Notes under the pieces: generated by a model
The model's database searches: none
Told to the model about the DNA's origin: nothing
What the model saw: only the letters and a program-made list of their open reading frames with translations
Translations under genes and position numbers: made by a program
Shown: in pieces, positions 14,226 to 25,017 of the stretch
How positions within the stretch are numbered: the stretch's first letter is position 1
How the letters are laid out: the number at the start of each line of letters is the position of its first letter
Assembly (NCBI GenBank): GCA_026770705.1
Contig: JANJGN010000001.1
Span: 156,612,001-156,676,000, forward strand
Reading direction: 5' to 3'
DNA from: Isurus oxyrinchus
Lineage: Eukaryota
Length of the DNA: 64,000 nt

Positions 14226-14676
14226 GAAACCTTTCATAAGTTGATGTTGTCTTGGGCATTATGAGACACGGGGGCAGGTGGAAGAGAAGAGCTTGGCATA
14301 AAGAGGTAAGAGGGGCAATGGGGTGAATGGGCAGGCACAACTTGGCATAGTGGGCATGAGGAAGCCCTTTTGAACTTACTATTGAAAAGCCCCCCTCATG
14401 AAGACTAGGTTCACACTCCTCTGAGGCACTGTGAACCACAACACTTTAAAACTCTGACTCGACTCCATGAAAATTGTGGGAGATACCTATCTCCACAATG
14501 GAGCTGGCCCGGTCAGGAGTGCTGGATGTGGGCTTTTGACAGGAACCAGCTCTCACCCTTTAAAGGCACTTCCGAAAATCAGACAGCCCAGGAATTGGAT
14601 CAGGAATCTGGAATCAGGACCCAACTGTCATTTTTAAAGGGCTCCTTAGTCAACCCGACTCAATGAAAATCCAGGC
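14226..14676 (+). mobile_element. Right part of a Harbinger-like MITE (same family as 54511-55181)
   Basis: Shares gactccatgaaaattgtgg..gctctca..ctttaaagg..caggaatc..ttttaaagg with 55016-55145; ends gaaaatccaggc. Confidence 0.6.
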
Positions 14677-14785
14677 AATAAATTCTGTCTGTGACACTTG
14701 GCAACACAATTCTTTCTCTGTATAAAAAGCAAGAATGTTATGTCCAACACTCTGCAATCCAGCCATGTAAAGTTCTTACATCATT

Positions 14786-15065
14786 AAGGAAAAGGGGGAG
14801 TTATAATTTTAGTGCATTAGTGTTATGTGTTGTGTATACCTTTAAGGGGCATATCTAAAACTGCATCACCAGTCATGATGTGTTGTATACTCTCATGCAG
14901 TCTTCAGGCAGAAGATAGAAGCAGTCCTAGGGACCAGACATGTTAACTAGCATCCCAGATATTGTTGTATATGGTTTCATCTCTTCAAATAAGAGAACCC
15001 ACTTGATTGAGTTACCAATCCTCTTTTTGTGGTTGGCGTGTTTGTGTAAGGTAGAAAACACAACA
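14786..15065 (+). mobile_element. Possible Gypsy 3' LTR relic with polypurine tract
   Basis: Purine run aaggaaaagggggag followed by ~260 bp ending acacaaca; no internal sequence recognised. Confidence 0.35.
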
Positions 15066-15347
15066 TTATGAGGTTGATTTTCCTAAAAAAAAACTGTGTC
15101 TAAACCAAGATGTCTACGTGGTTAAGCAGAAAAATATAGTGCATTTCCTTTTTCATAATAAGGTGGCAGCTTTAGTCTTTGTGCAATCTTTCAGCTTGTA
15201 CTGGCACCAGCAATGCACACAGAGTAAACTCTACTCACATTGTTGTCCATTTTGTAGATATTAAGGACTGAAATTATTCTCCAAACAAAATAAAATGGCA
15301 AAGCCAACTTTAGTTTCTAAAACTAATAACCCACAAATGAAGGGGAG

Positions 15348-15736
15348 TTTTTTTTGTCTTAATTCTTTCTTGGGATGTAGGCATTACTGGCAAAACCAGC
15401 ATTTGTCACCCATCCCTAATTGCCCTTGAGCTGAGTGGCTTGCTAGGCCATTTCAGAGTCAGCCACATTGCTGTGGGTCTGGAGTCACATGTAGGCTAAA
15501 CAGGGGAGGAAGACAGATTTCACTACCAGAAGGATATTAGTGAACCAGCTGGGTTTCTACAAAAAATGATGATAGTTTAATGGTCACCAATATTAACTAG
15601 CTTTCAATTCTAGATTTTATTAATTGAATTTAAAGAAGTAAAATCTACCAAGCCATGATAAGCTTTGAACCCATGCCCCCAGAGTATTAGCCTGGTTCAT
15701 TAGTCCAGTGACATTACGTCAATGCCACCATCTCCT
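15348..15736 (-). mobile_element. tRNA-derived SINE made of the LINE's 5' head plus 3' tail
   Basis: Reverse complement reads ggagatggtggcattg..cactggactaat..gggttcaaa..gaaatggcctagcaagccactcag|ctcaagggcaattagggatgg..catcccaagaaagaatt + A tail. Confidence 0.9.
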
Positions 15737-16299
15737 CTAGAGGTAGGACTTCAGCCATGCCTGAGAATTTGGCATAACACTAGCACTTTGCTTTAAGAAA
15801 AAGAATTTCAATCTCTTTGATTCTATGACGTATCTCTTTTTTGAGCACACCAGAGATAATTTTCTAAAATGTTTTCAAATGATTAGTGGGAGTTACCATA
15901 GCCAGAGACTAATCAGGCAGAGGCCACATTTTGTTTATATATCACGGCAGGAGGGGAGGATTTAAAATTGACCCTGAGGCTGTAGAATCAAGTGGAAATC
16001 TGATAGATAAACTGAAGTGATGCTATGGCATTGGCCAGCAGGGGGAGACAACAGGGAAGAAAAGATGTTAGGTGAACTGGTCCGATGTCTGGAATTGGTC
16101 CTGGCAGGATCTAGGTAAAACCTGATGTTAACTTTCTCCAAGACGTTTAAATCTTCTCTGACAAAGAATGATCAGTGAATGCCTGGGGATAATATGTTTA
16201 CTCATACATCCTTCTACCATGATAGATTATTTAAGGGAAAATACAACACAGTCCATTTGAATATCCCCTCAAATTATTCCTAGTAAGTTGCTGGTATAA

Positions 16300-16510
16300 A
16301 ACAATATAGAATTTTCAAGCACAGGAGGAGGCCATTCAGCCCATTGTGCCTGTGATGGCTTTTTGAAAGAGCCAATTAGTCTCACTCCTTTGCTTTTTCC
16401 CTGTAGGCCCATACATTTCTCAAATTCAAGTACTTATTCAGTATGTTTTTTGAAAGTTGCTTTTGAATCTGCTTTTACCAGCTGTTTGAAGCAGTACATT
16501 CCAGGATCAT
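16300..16510 (-). mobile_element. CR1-type 3' tail fragment
   Basis: gcacaggaggaggccattcagcccattgtgcctgtg, a CR1 3'-end motif. Confidence 0.6.
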
Positions 16511-17599
16511 AACTCATCCTGATTTTGATAGACATAAGCAAATGAAATTATGACTGAATTGGGAAATATTCACAGGTTAATCTTTTTTTGAGCATGCACG
16601 TGACCAAGGTGCACCTGATCCCATCACCAAAGTTAACGGTCTCCAAACTAACCTACTAAGATATCCACATAAATGAACTTTCCATATGGCTGATATGGAT
16701 TGCATGATCTCTCAACTAGAGACAACACTGCCCCTGGCCTCTCCGTCTCCACCTGCTGCATGGAAATGGCAGTCAGGTGTGGGGCATAGGTCCACAGAGA
16801 ATTTCCCTCACTTCTGCCGCACTTCCTGCCATTTTGCTGCGGGGAGAGTTGTAACAGACCCTGGAAAGTGGTGTTAATGCCTGTAAGCATCATAGGGAAA
16901 GGAAGAACCTTGCAGAAGTTTCCATTCCCTTCACTCTGCCTCCCAAAGGCGGATTTGCTGAGGCCCTCGGCCTCAGTCGAGGCGCTTATTGGAACAACTG
17001 GTCCAATCTTCAGAGAACTTGGGCTCCACTTAAAGTGCCTCACTGACTCCACTAGTTCTACAGCAGAGACGCTAAGGCAAAACTATCAATATTTCCCTCT
17101 TCACACTGGTTGGCTGTGGAAATCCCAAACAGGAACTTGCTGTACTTCAATAATTTGGCTGACGGAAATGGGTTTGGGGTGGAAGTGGGTTTAAAGGGGC
17201 AGAGAGAAATCCTGAAAGTTCATCCTATAGACAATAATAACTGGCCCTGTGTTCATTAATGTTCACAACTTGAGTCCTTTTAACTTTAAAGTAAAAATGA
17301 GGGAATCATTGATGTTTGCACATTCTGATCATGTGAGCACAGAAATTTTTCAAAGATTAAATGCAGATGTCAGGTGAGAATCTATAATGATGTCTGGGCA
17401 AGGGGTAGAATTTCTCCTGCGACAATTTTAGTGTGTGGGCCTCCTTGTTTTGTTATTACCCTGATTTTTTAATGAGAAGAATTTCACCATCCTTGTATCT
17501 TGCATCTTTTTTAATGATAATTATTCTGAACCATCATACCCCATTTTACAGCTTCATAGGAATTAGAATGTAGAATTCACCCAGTGATTTAATGCAAGT

Positions 17600-17815
17600 A
17601 ATGCACACCAGGTGGGTCTCAGTTTTGATCTGTGGGCATACGATTTAGCTGAGTTCAGCTGGACCAGTAATGGGCACACTAAAGTTGGCCTCAGTGTCCT
17701 TTGCCTACAAAGGGGTAAAAGATTCAGCCAGTCTCTCCTCATCGCTATCCAGTGACTTCTTCTTGAAAGTGTTGAGTATCAACATTGGATGAGGACAGGG
17801 TTAAGTTCCAGTGTA
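17600..17815 (+). mobile_element. Ancient SINE-like repeat (family not named)
   Basis: Shares ttggcctcagt..aa(g)att(c)agcca with 47870-48240. Confidence 0.5.
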
Positions 17816-17819
17816 ATTT

Positions 17820-18590
17820 AAAACAAAAACAAGAAGAATGCTGGAATTATGCAGAGAAAAGAGAATTAACAGGCTAAATGTTCATTTTCGGGCCCTGATT
17901 CCACCATTGGGAGGAAATGTGGGTCAGGACCTCAAACGTACAGGCAGGCATGAGGGTGATTTTTGAGGAGGAGGCCATTTAAGTCGCTGTCTCCAGGGGC
18001 ATCATCTAATTAAGGACAGAACATGGGCTCCCAAGGGCTAACAGAAGACCTCCAGCATTAACAGATTGGCAGCCCCATTGTCAGAGCTGCCAATGCCCAG
18101 GGAGGCAACCATTCAACAAGACGGCATGCAGCGGACAGCTACGGCCATCTAAGCCTGCCGGCTGTGGAGGTGGAGAGGGCTGGAGGGGAGGATGTTGAAA
18201 TGCTGTTGGAGGTGCAGGCCAATTTGTCCCCACCAAGGTCTACTGCCACGTGGCCACCTCCATGCATCAGCCAGTTGGCCTCAGGATATTGGCCTCACTT
18301 GGCCATTTAATTGCCTTACTGGGCTATCCAGTGCATGCAGCCGGTAGCCGTCAACCCCTGAACCTGCCTGTACCAGAATGGGCTGGAGATGGGACCAAGC
18401 TGGCAAACTGGCACACTGCTCTCTGACATCAATTTTGCCACCCTTCTGCACCTGATCCTGCTTCTGACATGATTGAAAAGTTCTGCTAATATTTCAGGCT
18501 GATGACCTTGTTTAGCTCATGAAACATTAACGCTGCTTCTCTCTCCACGGACGCTGCCAGATGTGCAGAGTATTTCCAGCATTTTCCAGA
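17820..18590. mobile_element. Penelope-derived inverted-repeat element split by a Harbinger-like MITE (~17872-18488)
   Basis: Left arm aaaacaa..aatgctggaa..ttaac; resumes atttcagg..gacc..gaaacattaacgctgcttctctctccac..ccagcattttc (inverted arm). Confidence 0.6.
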
Positions 18591-19149
18591 TCTACTATCC
18601 TGTCAGCAGTGCCTGGAGTCATACAAGCTAGCTGACTGTGTCCAGGGAACCTCATCCTAATATTAGTTCCCACCTTCAGAGGAAGAAGGGAGGAATTTTT
18701 AAAGAAAGGAGATGGCACCAAATTGCTGAATATGTGGAAATAAATATTTTTCTTTCCAATCAATCCAGTTCTGAGTACCCATCAATAATAACTCAAACAT
18801 CGGTCGTGAAAGAGGCAGAGCATCTTTTAGGTTTGAAAATGTGGGGAGTTGAGCCTTTTAGGGGAGCTGGAAGTAAAACCAGGGGTTGGGGATTGGAGTA
18901 AGTCAAGGGTGGTGTCTTTGTAAGTCAAGAGTTTCTGACAGGGCCAATGTATCCTAGGACTCTGTTGGAGAAGGGGACCAGTGGAAACTACATTCAGTTT
19001 CAAGGAAGTTTGAAGAAGCCACCACCCCCACAGTGACAGCCACATGCAAATGGCTGAGTGAGGACAGGATGTTATTGCTGGTCCTAAATTCCAGGGCTTT
19101 TACATTCCCATCTACATTTGAGCTATTGTTTAAAAGGCACAGTTTTCCA

Positions 19150-19262
19150 GCATCCTTTCATTATGTTGGGAGTACACCTTCCGAATTAGCCCAAGCATCT
19201 GATCTTTTGCTTAAGGATGCCAACAGTTTGGTCAGTCAAGGCCCTAGTAGCTGTATGTGCTC
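19150..19262 (-). pseudogene. Harbinger (HARBI1-like) DDE nuclease remnant
   Basis: Minus strand translates AHTATRALTDQTVGILKQKIRCLG*, matching the HxxTRxxIExxIGxLKxRFRCL motif of Harbinger transposases. Confidence 0.75.
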
Positions 19263-19266
19263 ACTT

Positions 19267-19410
19267 GTAACTCTTTCGAGTACAAACCCATTTCCATCTG
19301 TTTCAGATGAAGTTACATTGTTTCATAGTTTTGCCATTGTGAGATTTGAACTCTTGATCTTGGGGTTACAAACCCAGTACCATAACCACTTGGCTATTTA
19401 AGCCAAGCCT
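19267..19410 (-). mobile_element. Short tRNA-derived SINE inserted in the Harbinger remnant
   Basis: Minus strand A box TAGCCAAGTGG (19386-19396), B box GAGTTCAAATC (19343-19353); structured 3' end. Confidence 0.7.
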
Positions 19411-19944
19411 ATAAAGGTGGACTTTTAGTGTTTCTAACATAGGCATGGCTGGCCAGGACTATCATGTTTAAAAGGGGCACTGATCGCAAAAATTTCTTAT
19501 GTAGACTTTTGGCTGTACCTTGGATCCACTGCAGGTATTAAAAAAATATTGAGCTCATACACTCAGAATATCTTCGACAACCTGCATTCAAACTGGTAGT
19601 CCAAAGACCCATCTAATATTAGTCCCAGGTCACATAAGACCAGTGAGCTGCAGTTGTCTCATGCAGCTCACCAGTGCTGTGTCACTGGCAGTGGCCTTCA
19701 AGTAGCTCTTGGGAATCTTTGTTTGCGGGCAGGGAATGAAGTGATTAGGATGGAGCGAACAGTGGCTGGCAGCTGCCCATGGTTTTAATATGGAGCCAGC
19801 AGGAACATTCCCAATATTATGAAGATGGTCCCAACAGGTGTTAAGCCTCATATCTGCATATGCAAACTGCCTAAAGTCTGTTTCAAAGCACAGGGCCCTG
19901 GAAACCTCATTTCTACTTTTAGTACTGCATGTAAGAGATGATAT

Positions 19945-20090
19945 CTTTGGGATGTGATGTTATACCAAGCCCCTGTCTGCCCATGCACGTGAATGTAAAT
20001 AAATCTCATAGCTCTATTTCAAAGAAGAGCAGGGAAGTGATCCACAATCTCTGACCAATATTTATCCTTCAATAAACATTGCAAAAAGAT
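19945..20090 (+). mobile_element. Deu-domain SINE relic (AmnSINE/SacSINE-like)
   Basis: gatgttataccaagcccctgtctgccc..ctatttcaaagaagagcaggg..ccaatatttatcc resembles the Deu domain as recalled. Confidence 0.65.
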
Positions 20091-20789
20091 TCCCTACCTG
20101 AAAACTTTGACATAATTCTGCTTGCAACATTGTTAACTTGCACTCAGGTGCAATACTTAGCATTCTGAAGTGATCTTCAGTCATAATTTGACATCTGATA
20201 GTGATCAAGTGAAGGCACTGACCTGAAGTGAATTCACACAGCACTCAAACAACATCAACTGGGAACATTTATTTTCCTGCAAGCGTTCAGCTGACATCAA
20301 TGGTGTTCAGCTGACATGGAATGAGACTGAATCAGCTCTCAGCTAGCTTCATTTGTGCTTGCAACAAAGGCATTAAACAATCAACCACTGGTTGAGGGAG
20401 CATTTCCAGATAGAAATGTTGCTAAGTCCTGGCCTGCAGCTGTTTAAGTGTACAAATTTGGAAATTTAACTAAGTCCGTGCAGCGTGGTTTAAGTTCAGG
20501 TATTAGCAATTATTATGGGCTAGCCTCTATACATCCACCTCCCAATTTTCAGCGTCACAGAAATTTACCTCCCAAACTCTTGACATACCCCCTCCCTCCC
20601 TGGCTACCCTCCACTTACCATCCGACTTCACACACCCTCTTCTGAACCCCCCCCCCCCGGAAACTCCCCGAACCGCTCCCCCGCCCCCCCCCCCCATGCA
20701 CCTCCCCCTTGAACAAGCCCACCTGAACACCTGTGAACCAGAACATGCCCCCACCCTCACACCAAGACTTCAGGTGGGTCCAACTTTCT

Positions 20790-20942
20790 GCAGAATAAAA
20801 CAGAAAAAGCTTGGAAAACTCAGCAGGTCTGGCATTATCTGTGGACAGAGAGACCAATCCAAATCCTCTTTGGAACTGACCTGCTGAGTTTTTCCAGCAT
20901 TTTCTGATTTTATTCAGCATCCTCAATATTTTGCTTTTATCT
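20790..20942. mobile_element. Penelope-derived palindromic element
   Basis: aaaacagaaa..ggaaaactcagcaggtc and gacctgctgagtttttccagcattttctg are inverted arms. Confidence 0.7.
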
Positions 20943-20946
20943 TCTT

Positions 20947-21117
20947 AGCAGAAGTATTCAGAAGGGAATTGGATTGCTATCTGAGAAGAAAGAATCTGCA
21001 AGGTTACAAGGATAAGGCAAGGGAGTGGATCTAGGTAGAATGCACTTTCAGAAAGCCAGTGCAGAATCGATGGGCCAAATGGCCTCCTTCTGCAGTGTGA
21101 CAATTCTGATTCTGTGA
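20947..21117 (+). mobile_element. CR1-type 3' end fragment
   Basis: gatgggccaaatggcctccttctg..ttctgattctgtga tail. Confidence 0.7.
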
Positions 21118-21391
21118 AACTCCGCCTGCTACCTCCTGAACCTAGCCCCTGGTTAACTACCCACCCCACTTTTGGCTGGAACCAGAAATGACATCAGGGG
21201 GCAACCAGAAGTGATATCAGAGCTGTGCAGGGCACACTTCCTGCCACTGTGAGACCATTTCAAGCAAGGTAAGTTTTGGACTGTGGAAACTGGGAGGTGG
21301 GGAGAGAGAGGCAGCGGGGTGGGAAGGGAGGGAGGGAGGGAGAGGGAGGAAGAGAGAGAGGGGGGGAGGGGGAGAGAGAGAGAGAGACAGA

Positions 21392-22094
21392 GGGCATAAG
21401 TTTCCCCCTGTTGGGGGGGATGTACAGGGGTTGGTGGAAGTGGGCGGGGCAGGGCACGAACCCGATCGGTACCCCCAATCGGGGCCGCACTGCCAATTTA
21501 CGTGGGTGGGACAATTAAGGCCTGCCCAGTGTGACATGTGCCTGGAAGCGCTAAGTGATCCCTGTGCAGACAGGGGAGTCCCCTGAGTCGGGACCTGCAC
21601 TCTTTTGCGAGTGCAGCGAAATAGCACAGAAATCTTCCTGAGGCACAGAGGTGTGTCAGGGAGATTAGTTTATCATTTAAACATTTAAATAAAGAAAAGA
21701 AAATATTTTAAGACATGTCCCCTCATGTGACAGTGTCACATGAGCTGGGACATGTTAATGAATTTTTCCAAATTTTAAAAATTATTTATTAAGCCCTTCA
21801 TGAAACCTTATCCATCCCATGAATGAGGTTTCATGAAAAATATGAAGGCCGCCTGGGCTCTTCGCCTGCCCGCCAACCTTATGGTTGGATGGATAGCATC
21901 CTTAACCACTTTAATTACTTTCTTAATGGCCTTAATAGGCCCTTGACAGTTCGGCAGGCATGCAGCCGACCCGGCACGTGCCCACTGAACTGAAAATCTA
22001 AATGACACATGGTGACGTTGGGACGCACACCTATGTCACCATGCGTCATTTCACGCGTCAGTGAGCAGGCCCCACTCCCGCTTGCCAACTGGAA
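21392..22094 (+). mobile_element. Harbinger-like MITE (family of 30184-30855), runs into the gap
   Basis: Colinear with 30184-30855 (caattaagg, ccctcatgtgacagtg..catgagctgggaca, atgaaacct). Confidence 0.8.
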
Positions 22095-22394
22095 NNNNNN
22101 NNNNNNNNNNNNNNNNNNNNNNNNNNNNNNNNNNNNNNNNNNNNNNNNNNNNNNNNNNNNNNNNNNNNNNNNNNNNNNNNNNNNNNNNNNNNNNNNNNNN
22201 NNNNNNNNNNNNNNNNNNNNNNNNNNNNNNNNNNNNNNNNNNNNNNNNNNNNNNNNNNNNNNNNNNNNNNNNNNNNNNNNNNNNNNNNNNNNNNNNNNNN
22301 NNNNNNNNNNNNNNNNNNNNNNNNNNNNNNNNNNNNNNNNNNNNNNNNNNNNNNNNNNNNNNNNNNNNNNNNNNNNNNNNNNNNNNNNNNNNNN
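22095..22394. other. Assembly gap (300 N)
   Basis: Run of N. Confidence 1.
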
Positions 22395-22982
22395 AGTGGG
22401 GAAAAGGAGAGGGAGGGGTTGGAGGAGAGACAGAGGGGAGCTGAGGAGGAGAGACAGAAAGGGATGTGAGAGAGAGAGACTGAAGGGGGCTCGTGTTAAG
22501 AGCAAGGGGCTGTGGGTGTGAGAGAGGGAGGAGAGAGAGGGGCTCGGGGGGAGAGGGAGAGAGGGGCAGGGGGGAGGGGAGAGCAAGACTGGAGGGAGTG
22601 GGGGAGGCTGGTAGGGGATTGTCTTGAGGAGCGGGAGAAGAGGACCAAGGTTTGAGGGTGGGATGTGTAGGTCTGAGGCTTGAGGGTTGCCGGGAGTTGG
22701 CCTCTAGATTGGGATGGGGGTTGGCACACAGTCTCATGTAGGTACATTTCTGGCAGGCCTGAGCAGGAGGGGAAGGGTCTGGGCCATCTTGAGAGCTGGG
22801 TGCTGGCTGTGGCTGACTTATGGCGTGGGAAGTAGGAAGAACTGAAGTGGTGGTGCGAGGTGGGTGGGTGGATGGGTTGTGTCCTGCAAAGTTGCGGTTT
22901 TTAGCCATGCACTGGGCGGTATACTTTTTCTTTTAATTTCTTTTATAACGATATATTTTTACTTGTTTCTGATCTTTCACCT

Positions 22983-23202
22983 TCAGGTGTAAACCTTATT
23001 GGGATGTCCTATTTTCTTGGGCAGTAGCACAGCCTGAATGTTGGGTATGACCCCTCTCCCTGGGCTATGGTGGTCCACCCCAGCAGCTTATTGAGCTCCT
23101 GGTCAATGCTGATGGTGAGCTGCAGGTGGTGCAGGATGATGCAGCCTTCTTGTTGTTACTGGTCACATTGGCCACCAGCTCCTGGATCTCGGCATTCAGG
23201 TA
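22983..23202 (-). pseudogene. H2A: Histone H2A pseudogene, C-terminal half
   Basis: Minus strand: YLNAEIQELVANVTSNNKK-(fs)-IILHHLQLTISIDQELNKLLGWTTIAQG-(fs)[23 protein letters not shown]. Canonical H2A reads [63 protein letters not shown]. Confidence 0.93.
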
Positions 23203-23204
23203 CC

Positions 23205-25017
23205 AAACAGACTGTATAAGCTTCTATAGGCATGTAAAAAGGAAGTGTTCGGCTAAGACAAATGTGGGTCCATGGCAGAGTCAGGAGAGTTCATTATGGG
23301 GAATAGAAAAATAGCAGAGAGGCTAAATTATATCTGTGTCTCTGTTTTCACAGGAATATACAAGAAATCTCCCAAATTTAGGGATCCAAGGGACTAGGGA
23401 GAATATGGAATTGAAGGAAATTAGTATAAGTAAGAACCTTGTATTGGAGAAATCAATAGGACTGAAAGTGAATAAGTCCCTGGGACCTGATATTCTGCAT
23501 CCCAGAGTGTTGAAAGAGGTTACTATTCAGATAGTGGATGCATTGGTGATCATTTTCCAAAATTCTATAGATTCTGGAATAGTTCCTGAAGATTGGAAGG
23601 TAGCAAATGTCACCCCACTATTTAAGAAGGGAGGGAGAGAGAAAACAGGGAACCACTGACCTGTTAGCCGTAAGGGATAGGGAAAATGATAGAATCACAT
23701 ATAAAGGATGTGATAAATGGACACTTGGATAATCATGATCTAATTGGGCATAGCATGGATTTGCGAATGGGAAATCATATTTGACAAACTTGTTGGAATT
23801 TTTTGAGGATGTTACTAACAAAATTGATAAAAGAGAGTTGATGGTATACTTGGATTTTCATAAGGCTTTTGATGAAGTCCCCCACAGGAGGTTGATTAGC
23901 AAAATAAAAGCACATGGGATAGGTGGCAATATACTGGCATGGATTAAGGATTGGCCAACAGGCAAAAAACACAAGAGTAGGAATAAACAGGTCATTCTCG
24001 CGTTCGCAGGCTGTGACTAGTAGTATACTGCAAGGTACTTGGCCCCCAGCCATTTATAATATATGTCAATGATTTGGATGTGGGGACCAAATCCAATATT
24101 TCCAAGTTTGTGGATGATGCAAAGCTAGGTGGGAATGTGTGTAGTGAGGAAGATGTAAAGTGGCTACAGGAGGATTTGGACAAACTTAGTGAGTGGGCAA
24201 GAACATGGCAGATGGACTATAATGTGGTGAAACGCAAGGTTATCCACTCGGTAGAAGGAACAGATATGTAGAGTATTTCCTAATTGTTGAGAATAGAAAG
24301 TGTAGATTACAAAGGATCTGGGTGTCCTTGTCCATAAGTCACTGAAAACTAACATGCATGTGCAGCAAGCAATTAGGAAAGCTAATGGAATGTTAGCCTT
24401 TATTACAAGAGGATTTGAGTCCAAGAGTAGTGAAGTCTTACTTCAATTGTATAGAAGCTTGGTTAGACCGCACCTGGAGTACTGTGTGCAGTTTTGGTCT
24501 CCTTACCTCAGAAAGGATATTAATGCTATAGAGTAATGAAGGTTCATCAGACTTGTTCTGGGGGTGGCGGGACTGTCTTATGAAGAGAGATTGGGGAAAC
24601 TGGGCCGGTATTCTCCAGAGTTTTGAAGAATGAGAGGCGATCTCATCGAAACCTACAAAATATTTAAAGGAATAGACAGGGTAGATGCAGGTAAGATGTT
24701 TCCCCTGGTTGGGGAGTCAAGAACCAGGGGACACAATTTCAAAATAAGGGGGAAGTCACTTAGGACCGAGATGAGGAGAAATGTCTTTATTCAGAGGGTT
24801 ATGAATTTTTGGAATTCTCTACCCTAGAGGGCTGTGGAAGCTCAGTCATTGAGTATGTTTAAAGTAGAGATTGATAGATTTCTGATTAACAAGAATGTAA
24901 AGGGTTGTGGGGATAGTGTGGGTAAAAGGCATTGAAGTGTTCGAACAGCCATGATTGTATTAAATGGTGGAGCAGGCTCGATGGGCTGAATGGCCTTCTC
25001 CTGTTCCTATGTTCCTA
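23205..25017 (+). mobile_element. 5'-truncated CR1/HER1 LINE
   Basis: GPDILHPRVLKE..VPEDWKVANVTPLFKKG; YLDFHKAFDEVPH; SKFVDDAKLGG; LVRPHLEYCVQFWSP; 3' tail ctgttcctatgttcct. Confidence 0.95.

Noticed and set aside
16608-16640. gcacctgatcccatc resembles part of 5S rRNA
   Set aside because: Match is only ~15 nt and the rest of 5S is absent.
18498-18530. CTGATGA..GAAAC hammerhead
   Set aside because: The intervening sequence cannot form stem II; the motif probably arises from the decayed inverted arm.
21915-22908. Long ORFs of 127-285 aa
   Set aside because: Artefacts of the 300-N gap and low-complexity G/C-rich flanks.
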